Positions 1 to 13,995 are shown, numbered from the stretch's first letter. The stretch is DNA of 64,000 bases from Phoronis australis (GCA_002633005.1 NMRA01000282.1:271748-335747), one strand, 5' to 3'. Program-made: numbers and translations. The notes: generated by a model from the letters alone, not told the origin.

Positions 1-2493
1 ATGATTCCAAAGTTTCCGACATTTGTTCCATGACGACATAGGGTGTGATATTTGAGTGATGGACTGAAATGATTTGAACATGTGTCCTTATATTTTTTAA
101 TTTGTTAATTGGATCCAGAAATTGATCTTACTTTTACCAAGAGTGGTGAATAAAAAAGCACTTTATGGGATTAAGCTCACAAAATAGATCTCATATTTCG
201 CCCCGTTCAATTGATAGAACTGCTGGTCATCCCTTGTGGACTCAGAATTTTACCACGGTATATTGTATCATACAAAAGTTACATTTAAAACAAAAATTAA
301 ACTGAACATCCATTCTGTAAGAATGCTCGGTAAGTTTTGATTCACCACTGTACAAATATGTAGCACTACTTCACCCTACTCCATGCCCTGATTGCTTTTC
401 TTTAGGAACACAGGTGGGTTGTGCCACTCGGACTGACGTCAATGCTTTTCATTCAAGGAACACTACTTCAGCCACATTTTCTCTCGGCTTGACGAATCCA
501 GTGGCAGATTACCATGTCTTATTGGGGCTCTCACATACAAGTCAACTGTGCAAGTCAGTTATAGATGTGGCGATGAGCCTCTTTTGCTCCTAGATGATCT
601 CCTTTTAGAAAGATGGGATATGAAGACAGCGACAGCAACAAAATTTATAACTTCGCTGAAGTTCAAGTTGAAGGGCCAGAATATTAGTGTCTCTATGAAG
701 TCTGATCAAGACTTCGATGTAATCAAATACCTAAGCAGCAAAGTTGACGACCGTGAAAATAAGTTCTGAAGAAGCAAAAAGAGATTACTGGACCAGAACT
801 ATACATCACAGAATAATTATTTCTCTGCCAAAGTCAGACAAGCCCGCAGGAAACTATGCATTTTCCTGGGAGAAAAATATTTTACACTAAACTGTTATGG
901 AACAGAAAGGTGTTCATTTTCGATGAACGAAAGAAGTCAGAGAAGTAATGAAACCAGGATGTCCACTCCTTGTGGTATTTGAAACTATTTCGGTTTGTTC
1001 CAGCCACTGCTTGCATGTGTAACGGGAATCGGGGTCCCTATTTGGTTCTTGCAAAGTTAAGTGACTACCTTCACAGAATTCAAGAAGGACCTGGCGCTCG
1101 TGCAATTGTTGTACACGTAGACCATTCAAAGGCCGGTTCACTAGAGGGCTTGGGTCCCTGGGATTCTGCACCACCGATCGTGGATGAGAATCCCTCAGAT
1201 GTCCAGAATGCAGCACCCAGTGATTCTGCACCATCGAATATGGACGAGAATCACTTGGGTCAGGAGGAAACTCCGCCACCAGCGACCGAGAACACGAGGA
1301 CCAACAGGAGAGGTCGTGTTATACGGAAGCCAGTGAGATTCAGCCAGATTTGACTCGATCATTTGCAGGGTCCTGGAGGACGAGACTATGGCTTTTGATG
1401 ATGTCTGGAAGAAAGTCTGCGGGGTAAAGGCTGTGGACAGGAGTTCACATGTTCCAAGGATTTCAGAGAACACCTGAAAACCTGCACCAGACACAAAACG
1501 ATTTTCGTATGCAGCTCTTGTGGGTTTCGTCACCAACGATGGCGTCAACTTGACTGACAAATCAAAAAGAAGGGCCACGGGACCATTGGAACCATGGTGG
1601 TTGCTAACCGACAGTATTGGGCACGGACTTCTGCGGCGGAGGAGAGGAGGCGTCAGGCTCTTAGCTGGGGACACATGAACAGCTCCTGCTATACCAAAAG
1701 TGCACTGGGAAGAAACTCAAAACGAAAGAGTTTTCACTGAAGTTGGCCGAAGACCTCATCACCATCATCACCAGAAATTTGTACGGTACGTAACATGTAC
1801 TACTCCACATGCAAACACTAAATCTCGCTAGCAGCCCTCCATAGGAAATACACAGAATCAAACTATTATTATTAATTTGAAATTCAAAAGAGACAACTAC
1901 TGTTACAATATCTATCACAAGGTGGCGTTAGTTACCAGTTTATTAAAAGGTTCAAGGTCCTATCAGTAAAGCTTTTACTATGCACTATCTTCTGCTTGAA
2001 ACATGGTGGCAGCGGTTGGATCATGCCGAGACAATTAAGACTTAATGCAAATTTTTAATGCAAATTTACGATAATCAGTGCCAAAGTTTTGACTCTCTGT
2101 TGACTGTTTGCTCACCGACTATGTCAAAATAAAACAAAAAATATAGCATAATTGAACTCTGTAACCGCTCCACCTAAGCCGTTGACATCAAACAATGACG
2201 CTGTAAGTGAACTGAAAATATTAAGACAAATGTTCGAAAACTATTCCATTATCACCGAACTAGAACGCAAGGATAAACGATTCCAGCAAGCGGTTTTTCT
2301 GAACACTTGTTAGTCCAGTGGGGTTAAAACTGTACAATGCCTTACAGTTTAGGACAGGGGAAGATAAGGAGGACGTCAAACTGTTCTCTTTGTGTTTCCT
2401 TTCTTGTTATAGTCTTTATTTTCTTTTAAAATTGTTTGGGGATGTTATATCTATCGCTAGGTGGCGTTACTTAATAGTTGGTTAAAAGGTACA
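1..2493. repeat. Direct segmental duplication, copy 1 (runs off the window start)
   Basis: Colinear with 4239-6716 at an offset of ~4238 (both start atgattccaaagtttccgac), with scattered substitutions and small indels. Confidence 0.95.
950..1353 (+). pseudogene. Ty3/Gypsy integrase C-terminus (GPY/F module) relic
   Basis: Translation GPYLVLAKLSDYLHRIQ..VVHVD..K followed by the terminal RRGRVIRKPVRF, typical of Gypsy pol ends. Second copy at ~5190-5591. Confidence 0.75.
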
Positions 2494-2494
2494 G
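1901..2494 (+). mobile_element. Miniature LTR retroelement (TRIM-like), copy 1, 3' LTR truncated
   Basis: LTR 1901-2003 (TG..CA), PBS tggtggcagcggttggat at 2004-2021, gag N-terminal relic, partial second LTR from 2443. Confidence 0.8.
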
Positions 2495-4238
2495 GTGTCG
2501 CAAAACAGGTGTTTTGGTTTGGGAATTATCAATCTTGCTCCAAACTTTTAGAGACTTATCTGTGTATCAGTGTCAATGTATTTCAAAGGTATGGTGGTCA
2601 AACGGTAACCAGTATATGTTAACAGGCTAGATCTGGATTTAGTGTCCCTTTAAAAGACGTGACGAAGTGTGTGGGTTTTTCAAAAAATGGTGTCCTGCCT
2701 GGGAACGAGAAACATTCCAAGAAAAGACAGAGCCCACTGCAAAAGCTAATGTGTGGTGACGTTGTTCTTGTGGACGGAGAAGACAGTGTTGTGAAGACGG
2801 TCGACCAATTGAATGAGGAAGAAACGCTGAATGTGGTTCGAGTGTCTCATTTAGAGATGCAAAGTTTAAAGGTATTGTACATGGTTATTATTATTGCAAT
2901 ATTTTGTCATGTCGACACGTGTAGGAGGCTGGATATAAAGCTTTTATGAAGCAGAAAGTTGCCCATTTTTCTAACTTCAGACGTAAGCTTAAAGTATGTC
3001 CTGAGTGGTTGCAGTTTTGCAGATTACCCTTCTTTGTGGCTACATTCTTGGAGAAAGTGGTATGATTGATGCTACTTTTGTTTCTTAACTTTAACACTGT
3101 CTTTGTGGTCAAGATTCTACTTTTTACATTTTATCATTGATCTCAAATCTATTCTTGCAGTGTTATCTGAAGAATTCACCACTCGGAAAAAACGTCGACG
3201 CACGCAGATAGTGAACCCTGTCGTTATGCCAGCTCTCTGGAGTGTTATTGCAGAAATTGTAGAAGAGGTGAGTCTTGGTATCTTTTTGGCGTTTTGAAGA
3301 ATTTTGCTGTATCCTTGGAAACCAATGACTTTACATATATTCTAATTATATTATAAAACAGTGAATTTTTTAAGCGGGTGATTTCACGTTTTTTTGTACC
3401 GACAAAGTGTATGGACCATACATATGTTTTTTCATGCTGTCTGGAGAAAACCAGTCATTTTGTTTTGTTAAGGGATTCCTTAACATGGGGAAAATATGAG
3501 ACCATGTTTAAATGTAAAAAATCATTCATCAGAACTTAGATGCCATGCACCAAAAACAGTGTTTTAAGTTGTACGCAACAATGAAAGGACTGGCCTAAAG
3601 GCCAGGCAGCATGTTCCTGGCATTATTGTCAGACCTAACAAGGTTTCTTAACATACAATTGGTTTTATCTTGATGTTGTAGTCTAAAATTGCAAGTATTT
3701 CCAAGTAACAGCAGCTCCCCTAAACCAGCAAACTGAGGATACTTCTTGTGTATATGCATTGGGCAAAATCCATTGCAGTTTGCTGCAAGGCAAGTCCAGT
3801 TTTTTAAAGGCATGATCAGCACCCCTCGACACAGCCGGAAATCTCTGGTCGTAAATACAGCTGCCACAAAAATTCAGTCATATTTCTCAGTTTTCTGGGG
3901 TAATTACAAGTGCCCCAAAAATTTTCAGTCCTATTTAGGAATTTGTGCTGGTACTTAAGACTCATCGAGTCAAGCCTACTCATTGAGATCCATTCCAATT
4001 TTAAAGATATTTTTGTTTCATTTGAACTTGCCAAGGTAACTATTTGTTTACTACTTAGGTGGACAGTTGTATAGCAGTGAGCGGTGGATGGCTGTGAACA
4101 GACTACGGCGATATAGCAGAGCTGTCAACAGAGACACCTCAGCACATTTGCAAATGATAGAAAAAAAGGCGCATGACATAAGAGCAACCAACACAGGTCA
4201 GAAAGATAACAGGTAAATTTCCATTTATGAAAAAAATA

Positions 4239-6716
4239 ATGATTCCAAAGTTTCCGACATTTGTTCCATGACCACATAGGGTGTGATATTTGAGTGATGG
4301 ACTGAAATGATTTGAACATGTGCCCTTATATGTTTTAATTTGTTAATTGGATCCAGAAATTGATCTTACTTTTACCAAGAGTGGTGAATAAAAAAGCACT
4401 TGACGGGATTAAGCTCACAAAATAGATCTCATGTTTCGCCCCGTTCAATTGATAGAACTGCTGGTCATCCCTTGTGGGCTAAAAATTTTACCACGGTGTA
4501 TTGTATCATACAAAAGTTACATTTAAAACAAAAATTAAACTGAACATCCATTCTTTATGAATGCTCGGTGCGTTTTAATTCACCACTGTACAAATATGTA
4601 GAACTACTTCACCCTACTCCATGACCTGATTGCTTTTCTTTAGGAACACAGGTGGGTTGTGCCACTCGGACTGACGTCAATGCTTTTCATTCAGAGAACA
4701 CTACTTCAGCCACATTTTCTCTCGGCTTGACGAATCCAGTGGCAGATTACCATGTCTTATTGGGGCTCTCACATACAAGTCGACTGTGCAAGTCAGTTAT
4801 AGATGTGGCGATGAGCCTCTTTTGCTGCAAGATGATCTCCTTTTAGAAAGATGGGATACAAAGACAGCGAGAGCAACAAAATTTGTAACTTCGCTGAAGT
4901 TCAAGTTGAAGGGCCAGAATATTAGTGTCTCTATAAAGTCTGACCAAGTCTTCGATGTAATCAAATACCTAAGCAGCAAAGTTGACGACCGTGAAAATAA
5001 TTAGTTCTGAAAAAGCAAAAGGATATTACTGGGCCAGAACTATATATCACAGAATAATTATTTCTCTGCCAAAGTCAGACAAGCCCGCAGGAAACTCTAT
5101 GTGTTTTCCTGGGAGAAAAATATTTTACACTAAACTGTTATGGAAGGTGTTCATTTTCGATGAAAGAACGAAGTCAGAGAAGTAATGAAACCCGGATGTC
5201 CACTCCTTGTGGTATTTGAAACTATTTCGGTTTGTTCCAGCCACTGCTTGCATGTGTAACGTGAATCGGGTCCCTATTTGGTTCTTGCAAAGTTAAGTGA
5301 CTACCTTTACAGAATTCAAGAAGGAACTCGGGCGCTCGTGCAATTGTTGTACACGTAGACCCTTTAAAGGTCTGTTCACTGGAGGGCTTGGTTCCCTGGG
5401 ATTCTGCACCACCGATCGTGGATGAGAATCCCTCGGATGTCCAGAACGCAGCACCCAGTGATTCTGCAACATCGAATGTGGACGAGAATCACTCGGGTCG
5501 GGAGGATACTCCGCCACCAGAGACCGAGAACACGAGGACCGACAGGAGGGGCCGTGTTATACGGAAGCCAGTGAGATTCAGCCAGATTTGACTCGATCTT
5601 TTGCAGGGATGAGACTATGGCTTTTGATGATGTCTGGAGGAAAGTCTGCGAGGGTAAAGGCTGTGGGCAGGAGTTCACATGTCCCAAGGATTTCAGAGAA
5701 CACCTGAAAACCTGCACCAGAAACAAAACGATTTTTGTATGTAGCTCTTGTGGGTTTCGTCACCAACGACAGCGTCAAGTTGACCGAAATATTAAAAAGA
5801 TGGGCCACGGGACCATTGGAACCATGGTGGTTGCTAACCGACAGTATTGGGCACGGACTGCTGCTGCGGAGGAGAGGAGGCGTCAGGCTCTTAGCTGGGG
5901 ACACATGAACAGCTTCTACTGTACCAAAAGTGCACTGGGAAGAAACTCAAAACGAAAGAGTTTTCACTGAAGTTGGCCGAAGACCTCATCACCATCATCA
6001 CCAGAAATTTGTAACATGTACTACTCCACATGCGAACACTTAATCACGTAAGCAGCCCTCCATAGGAAATACACAGAAACAAACTATTATTAGTAATTTG
6101 AAATTCAAAAGAGACAACTACTGTTACGATATCAATCACAAGGAAGCATTAGTTACCAGTTTATTAAAAGGTTCAAGGTCCTATCAGTAAAGCTTTTACT
6201 ATGCACTCTCTTCGGCTTAAAACATGGTGGCAGCGGTGGGATCATGCTGTGACAATTAAGACTTAATGCAAATTTTTAATGCAAATTTACGATAATCAGT
6301 GCCGAAGTTTTGACTCTCTATTGACTGTTCCCTCACAGATTATGTCAAAATAAAACAAAAAATATAGCATCGTTGAACTCTGTAATCGCTCCGCCTAAGC
6401 CGTTGACATCAAACAATGACGTTGTAAGTGAACTGAAAATATTAAGACAAATGTTCGAAAACTATTCCATTATCACCAAACTAGAACGCAAGGATAAACG
6501 ATTCCAGCAAGCTGTTTTTTTGAACACTTGTTGGTCCAGTGGGGTTAAAACTGTTCAATGCCCTAGAGTTTAGGACAGGGGAAGATAAGGAGGACGTCAA
6601 ACTGTTCTCTTTGTGTTTCCTTTCTTGTTATAGTCTTTATTTCTTTTAACATTGTTTGGGGATGTTATGATATCTATCGCTAGGTGGCGTTACTTAATAG
6701 TTGGTTAAAAGGTACA
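4239..6716. repeat. Direct segmental duplication, copy 2
   Basis: Same sequence as 1-2493; similarity ends inside the 3' LTR of the miniature LTR element. Confidence 0.95.
5617..5970 (+). pseudogene. C2H2 zinc-finger-like ORF directly after the Gypsy pol end (frameshifted copy at ~1388-1740)
   Basis: CEGKGCGQEF..F.EHLKTC and FVCSSCGF..R.. resemble tandem C2H2/C2HC fingers. Confidence 0.5.
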
Positions 6717-6765
6717 AGGTCATATAAGTAAAACGTTTATTATGCACTTTTGTCAACTTGAAACA
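6122..6765 (+). mobile_element. Miniature LTR retroelement (TRIM-like), complete
   Basis: 103-bp LTRs at 6122-6224 and 6663-6765 (TG..CA). PBS TGGTGGCAGCGGTGGGAT at 6225-6242 is complementary to the tRNA-Leu 3' end. Gag relic PPKPL..ELKILRQMFENYSIIT. 5-bp TSD ACTAC at 6117-6121 and 6766-6770. Confidence 0.9.
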
Positions 6766-7225
6766 ACTACACAATTTTCCCATAGCCTGTAGCAGAGAGT
6801 GTATGTTCGAGACTTGTTATTGCCAAATATCAGCGTTACTGGTGAAAAATTTTCAACTTCTCTAGAGGTTTGAAATTTGCCCCGTTCAGGCCTGTTAACG
6901 ATCACCCGGAAGCCAATATTTGAGCTCACAGTTTTTTTTTGAAGTCAAATTTGAGGTGGAAGTCTTTATGCCTTCAGATTTGCCAATAGCATAGTAGCTG
7001 ACAACCAGGAGTATCCAGAGGTTTCTGATCACAATTTCATGAGATTTTTTGAAAATCTTTCCACGTACCTTGTGTGCAGAAAATGGATCCACATACAATG
7101 GTGTTACTGATTGTTGTATTGTCTTGCAATAGAATTTGCACTCTGTTGAGGAGAGACAAGCTCATTATCGGTATGAAACATAGTTTCACTCATTTCCCAT
7201 CCGGGATCATTTTAGGAATACTTTC

Positions 7226-7520
7226 TGTTATATAGGACAGCTTGTAAGTCAACCAGTTGGTGTAGCTGTGTTGGCTCTCTGGTGTGTGGGAGGGCATTCA
7301 ATTGATTTAGGTTTACTTCAGTGTAATCGTGTTTCTTTCCTGTCTTAATATATCGCCTTTAACCCTAATATACAATATTCTTTGGCAACGAGTATGGCAC
7401 AGGTGTTCACAGGGCACAGGTGTTAACAGGACATATGATCGAAACACTTAGACTCATTGAAAGAGCAGTGGAGCACGTATGTTCAGCGAGAAGAACAATT
7501 TTTCTTACTGCATGACATTG
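7226..7520 (+). mobile_element. Gypsy LTR/PBS/gag-start fragment
   Basis: PBS-like tggcaacgag at ~7383, followed by LDSLKEQWSTYVQR.EQFF..HDI, which resembles a Gypsy gag N-terminus. Boundaries approximate. Confidence 0.5.
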
Positions 7521-8026
7521 GGTATATATATTATGGTGTTTCCGGTTCCAGTTACTACGCTTTCAAAATACGCTGATGTAAAAACTGACTTCTACGGCTG
7601 TCTCAACCTGGTAAAGGCTATAATTTACAACATAAGAGGTGAATAAAGCAATTATATCTCACATCTATCTGATATGAGACCCAGACACGTCTGTTTTTAG
7701 GCTAAAAACTATCTTTCTTGTCACAAAGCTTGTGCCGGCGAAATCCAATATGGCGGCCCTAACTACACTGTCTGGTATCTGTAGTTAGTAGAGTGTTATC
7801 TGGTCAAGTAGGCCTCGCTGTAGTTATGCAGTTTTGATAATATATATAAGATTCAGTTCCTCTTTGTTATCTGGTGACCTTGACTTTGTCATAAAGCCTC
7901 AGATATCTGTAAGATTGTTCATTTTCAGGCCCGTATTTGTCTACGTCTTTGTCTCGAGATACAACACTGTAGTTCAAAGAACTGTTTGATATCACTCTAA
8001 TTTGACATGCGATTTGGCAACTGATT

Positions 8027-9385
8027 TTGTTATTTTGTAGATTAACCACATTGGATAGTCCAGATGTGANCCGGTTTTCAAAAATAAATCAGTATTTGCA
8101 CCTTCATGACTCCAGCAACCAACCGGCACGTAATGACGCGGACTATGATCCACTGTTCAAGGTGAGACCATTGCTAAACATGTTTGAACCTAAGCCCAGA
8201 CAAGTGTACAAACCTGGCTGTCACTTGTCAATTGACGAAGGCATGATTGGTTTCAAAGGCAGGTTACACTTTCGCCAATATATGCCAGCAAAGCCTACCA
8301 AATGGGGCAAAAAGATGTGGCATATATGTGAGGCCGATACAGGTTATTGTTGCGGTCTTGATATCTATACTGGCAAGAGCAAAGATGGCAGATGTTAGCA
8401 TGGGTTAGGACATGATGTGGTGTGGAATTTGTCAACACCATTTCACAATATATTTCACAAGCTGTATTTTGACCGATTGTTTACATCTGTCGTGCTTGCC
8501 TGATAGTTTTTTTGAAATGGAATCTCGAGAGACGAATCTTTGTGCCCAGCAGAATATTGCTACTACACCAGATTCAAAATGGCAGCAAACATGCACTGCT
8601 GAAATGAAGACTTTTTTCTGTATTTCAGTCATGATGGGAATACAGCAATTACTTCGACTGAGTTTTTATTGGAGTAAAGATCCACGTTTCAATGACCGTT
8701 ACATTTCATCCATAATGTCAAGGACCAGATATGTCGAAATGTGACCCTTTGAACAAAGTTCGACCTGTCATTGACTTGATCAGTCCAAGGTTATTCAACT
8801 ATTACAAGCCAACCCAGAATCTTTCTGTTGACAAGGGTATGATAGGATACAAGGGGAAAATTTTCTTCCGCCAGTATATGCCAGCCAAACCCACAAATTG
8901 GGAATCAAAGCATGGCAGCCGTGTGAGAACAAGTCAGGTTAATGCTGTGGCTTCGAGATTTATACTGGTCGGAAAGCAGGGGAAAGACAGCATGGATTGG
9001 GGTATGATGTAGTGAGGAATCTTACCCAGCCATACCACCACCAATGTCGCCACATCTTTTTTGACAGATTTTTTCCTCATTACTCCTCAGCGAGCATCTC
9101 CTTCTGGTTGATACGTACTCATGCGCAACCATCAATCACAACGGGAAAGGGTTACAAGGCATAATTAAAAAATCAAGGGGATGCAATTCAGGAACAGAAA
9201 GGGGGTGGGTGTTGGTAACGTCGTTCAAAGACAAAAGGCAGATAATTTTTCCGTCTACCTCAGCTGATCATGGTATTGCTGAGAATGGAAAGCCTCACGT
9301 CAACATTGCGTACAACATACATATGGGCGGCATCGACAAATTTGACCAACTAATGTCATACTATCCAGTTGGTAGGTCTGGCATA
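8027..9385 (+). pseudogene. piggyBac (PGBD4-like, DDE_Tnp_1_7) transposase relics, two core fragments
   Basis: YDPLFKVRPL..SIDEGMIGFKGRLHFRQYMPAKPTKWG, a second DPLNKVRP..SVDKGMIGYKGKIFFRQYMPAKPT, and AYNIHMGGIDKFDQLMSYY. Many stops and frameshifts. Confidence 0.9.
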
Positions 9386-10636
9386 TGGTGTTTTTGCTAT
9401 AAATAGAAACAAAATAGGGTTAACTGGAGTTTATTTAGTCTGGTTACCTAGTAGTTAGGACAGTCTTTGTTACCTCACTGTCCTTTGTTTTGGAAGTGTT
9501 TAGTGCTGCCTCCAGCGACAGTGTATGCAGTTGTGTCAGCCATATTAGTTTGTGATCGGGCTGTTCTCGAAGTCTTGGAGAAAAGTGTAATGTAAAAATA
9601 GACTGCAAATCTTTGTTTTATTCTTTATGGTTATTATCGGACCAAAAATTGCTACTTTGGACCAAAAGAGTTACATAAAGTAAGCAACAGCAATGAGCTG
9701 GCATACGAACAGTATGTGTTTCACAGTCAGACTCGCGCGATGATCATGACCAGAATTTGATTAAACCATCTCCATTCATTGATACTTACCTTGATAAGAG
9801 CCCTGACATCAACTCTTATCTGGCAGCTGATGAAATGCTTCTTGAGTCAGTTTTAGATTCATCAGAAATGTTGAATTCTAGGTCTGCCTCGACATGGAAT
9901 ATTATTGGAATCCAACACGTCTGAGCAAAAAGGGAGGTTGCGAAAGAAAGTGAGATTAGGACAGATCTCCCGCCATTGTTTGACCGGTGTTGGCCTGACA
10001 GAGTATTTTCGCTCAAAGCACTTAAGAGATACGGTCTTGTGCACAAGGGTGGTCGAGAACTTAGAAATTGACAATCTGATGTCTGAAAAGGCAAAAAACA
10101 TGCCAAAATTCAGATGCAGACGTTGATGGTACTGAGCTTCTCGAAAACTTGGAGAATAATATCAGCTCCTAGGTGTATGGCATGGTTCTTTCCAAATACC
10201 CATTAAAGAGGAAACCAGCAAAGCAACAAGATGTTATTTGTCTTATAAATATGGTAGGGTTTTGGTGTCATGGAGTCCATTCTTAAATCGGAACTGCTGA
10301 CAAATAAAAAGTTTCCCTAAAGTAGTGAGACCATACACATATACAGATTTCACACAGAACACTTTTACCAGCCTTTTTAGTTACAATATTCATGGTCAAA
10401 TTTCACGCCGTATTAAGGTATTTCAACTACGTCATTGAGTCACGTGATCAAATCGCCCTGGACGTGTAGAAGCCATTACGGACCATACTGAGTATTGAGA
10501 TTTCGCAGACGTGTTTTGAACATTTTCGTGCTTTATTCATCGAGACGTTTATTGTATATAGTGTTTTAGTTAGTTTCGTCACTGTAGTATTGTTATTTGC
10601 CATTTCGTGTTTTTGTGATTGTGCACCATCGTGACC

Positions 10637-13600
10637 ATGTCCCTTTCTTCGATGTCGTCCAGCGATCGGGATTACAGTGAGAAGATCAAGCTGATTGACA
10701 ATGTCAACCCCTACGAGATTGAACAGCACGACTTTGTGTCGTTGGATGCTGTCAGGGACCCCCCGAATTTTGCAAATGGTGACATATAATTATCTCATTA
10801 ACTCACCAAGTCCAGTGTTCACTGGAAAGACGCTGAAGTCTTACAAGAGCTTAGACGCATACAAATACTTGTTAGCTGGCTACGTCAGAAACTTACTGTG
10901 TTACAGAACAAAGTCGGGGCACCTAATAATGAAGTGTGAGGTGAGTTTGTCACATAAATGTTATGGTGCAATGATGTAGAGGTGGTAGACTGCCACATAC
11001 TCTGCACTCAATCTCAGAATAGGCACCCGCCTGGAGTCGGTGAACCGACAGATCACTGCCCTAAGCACTCTACCTTAACTGTTCATGACACAAATCCAAA
11101 TCAGCTGTTTTCTGAATATTTTTGTATAAATACCATTAGCGTCAAAGACCGGATCAGAGTTGGGGGGGATGGAGTGATTAATTAGTGGTTCCTATAGACT
11201 GATACGTGGGTCTATGGTTACAGGTAGTTTGAGAACTAGTTGATATTCCTGCTGATTAATGGACGTTATTCAGTTAGAGTAACTGGTTATCAAATCAAGG
11301 ACCGCTTATCTGACTATTACCTGTAGCAGCATTCCCCATGTCACTGACGAACATCATGATTATTTAACTCGTGCCTTTGCTTGCGCTTGAATAAATATGA
11401 ATTGCATTCATAAATATATGACTACAGTGCAGAGCAAAACAACCATTTTAGTATTTAAGTGTTAAGTGTTAGGGTTTTTTTCTTCCCTGATCAGTGGCTA
11501 CCTTTTCTGCCATGACTAAATGTACCGTCATGTAGTTTGTTGATGAATTCTATATACATCATTAATTCCACTTTTTCGCATTAAACTGATCTAAGTACAT
11601 GGTGTGATGTTACAGGTAAACCACTCTCAGGCTTTGGGTGATGCAGCTCTACAACCATGGGTTGCTGTCCAGATGGAAGGCACTGCACGTGTAAGGCTGG
11701 TCTTGGAGAAAGCTGCTCACATATTGGGGCCACTTTATTTGCCCTGGAAGCTGCAGTGAAGCAACGCCAAGGAGTAACAAGTACATCACTACCATGTATG
11801 TGGAGAAAGCCCTCTGACAAGCCTGTCAGTTACTTACCAGGAAGTGACATCGACTTCAGCACTCCGCAGCAGAAACGAAAACAGGGTGGAAAGAGTGATA
11901 GTCAGAAGTCGAGAACATCAGAGAGTATACCCTCACCAACCAAGCAGGAAATGGAATCGTATTATAGCCAGCTATTCGCTGCTGGCTGTCGTAGCGCAGC
12001 GCTGTCTCTGGTGGGTGATTACTGTGGTCACTTCATGCCAAGAGCAATACTTATTCATGAACAACTACCATGTGCCCTCCCAGAACTGTTCTATGACGTG
12101 CAATTTGAACACTTGCCATATCATAAGCTTCTGCAGAAGTGCGAAGACCTCTATGCCGCTTTGACATACGATGCAACAAAGGTTGGTGTTCATATCAAAA
12201 TACTTTTTTAGTGTTTCACTTATTTTGTCAAACAGGCACCTAGGGTGAAATCTCAGCTCATGCATGCGTTATAAATGTGAGCTGAAACAAATGGAATTCC
12301 CACTCATCCAAAATAGTATGAGTATATCTTTGCAGTTTCAACCACACAAATTATTTAACCGAAATGTTATTTGACGGTTGCTGAACTTGCTCTTTCAGGC
12401 CGCTGTATTGGAGGAGACGAGAGAACAAGCAGGTGCGGCTCTCTGGTTTAAGCACCATGCAGGATGAATAACGGCATCTGAATTTAAAGCATTCGCCCAC
12501 ACTAATCCGAACTGCCCCGCACCTTTGTTAGTAAAAGCAGCTTGTCATCCAGAAAAGAAGCTTTCATCAAAGGCTACAAGGTTTGCGAAAAATCCCTACT
12601 TCTAGTATTTAACTATTTTAAGTAAGAGATGTTTCATGAATGACTCCTCTACCCTATACCATCCCTAATTAACCACCAATGGCACACTCTAACTTTTGCA
12701 GGAACTGTGTCGATGATGTGCGCAGCATATTTTTTCCCCGAGTACGCAGCATACATTTGGTGTACTCTACGTATTCCTGGTGTGAAACTCCTTTAAGTCA
12801 CTCACTCACTCACTGGCAGAAGTTAAAATTTACAGTGTAATGGATTTTGAATTTAAGGTACAATGGGAAATAAAACGTTTTGATGTTGTGCTTACTAACA
12901 ATAAAAATCATTGGTTCTCTCGGAGTAACAATTGCTGCTTCCGGGCTATTGTGGGTGCATCTTTTTGTGTGCTCACTTTTATGTAGCATACGCAATGACT
13001 GACTTGCCAATGAACAGGCTCTTGGTCATTGGGTTTGCTCAGTGGAAATGGCTTCAGACATGACAAGATGCAGGACACATCAAGCTAATCAGGTATTTTT
13101 ATTTTTAAGTGGAAAAACAAAAACTGGACTGCTAATATCTGTATTTCCTAGTTTTGTGTTGCTTCATAATTGTATGTGAGGACATAACTTTTTCATATGG
13201 GGTTGCGAGCACGAGGTCACAGCCAGGTCATCATACGAGGCCATAGCTTCGAAACAGCATGAGGGGCTTCAAGTCAGGGACTGGTTTTGTGATAAATCCG
13301 GACTATCCCTTTATGGGAGCTTCACCGGATGGCATTGTGTCCTGTTCCTGCTGTGGAACAGGTGTTATTGAAGTAAAGTGCCCCTACTGCGCAAGGGACA
13401 AAACAGTTACAGAGACTGCTGAGCAGTTCAGAGACTTTTGCCTAAATGTTGAGGATGGTGTGACACTCGGTTTAAAGAAAAATCATCCATACTTTTATCA
13501 GTGACAGTGCCAGCTCTTTTCCTGTAATGCACTGTACTGTGACTTCGTGACATGGAGCGAGAAGAGCATTGTGATACAACGAATTTATCCAGACCAAGGG

Positions 13601-13963
13601 TTATTCAATGAGAATGTTAAAAAAGCTGAACATGTATTTAAAACGGGCATTATGCCAGAGCTGGTCGGCAAATGGTTTTCCAAAAATCCAGTCCAGCCTC
13701 AAGAGGTTGCTGCCATGCCATTGTCATCAAATGTGTATTGCTATTGTCGTAATGTGGAATATGGGGAAATGATCATCTGTTCAGATGAGTCTTGTCAAAT
13801 CAAGAAATTCCATGTTGCCTGTTTAAGACTGAAACGCATGCCTTCACGTAAATGGTGGTGTCCTGACTGAAGAAAGGTGAAACGTAGCGCAAAGAAAGCT
13901 GCTGACAAATTTAGTGACCCAGATCTTGGTGCGGTACTTGAATTGTTAGATCAACGTACGTGA
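10637..13963 (+). pseudogene. SWIM zinc finger - YqaJ-like exonuclease - PHD finger protein (ISL2EU accessory gene), about 4 exons
   Basis: Exons ~10637-10940 (KSYKSLDAYKY), ~11616-12180 (CTCKAGLGESCSH, SWIM), ~12399-12580 (ETREQA..WFKH.AG*ITAS), ~13198-13963 (GASPDG..EVKCPY; CYC..C..C..FH..C..WWCPD*). Frameshifts and stops present. Confidence 0.9.
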
Positions 13964-13995
13964 CATTTGTTCCTGATGCATCTCATTGAGTTCCA

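Noticed and set aside
9389-9689. Possible solo LTR terminating the piggyBac relic
   Set aside because: TG..CA ends are plausible but there is no TSD or second copy to confirm it.
13198-13870. Phage or bacterial YqaJ recombinase by horizontal transfer or contamination
   Set aside because: The gene has introns, is fused to SWIM and PHD domains, and lies within ISL2EU TIRs.
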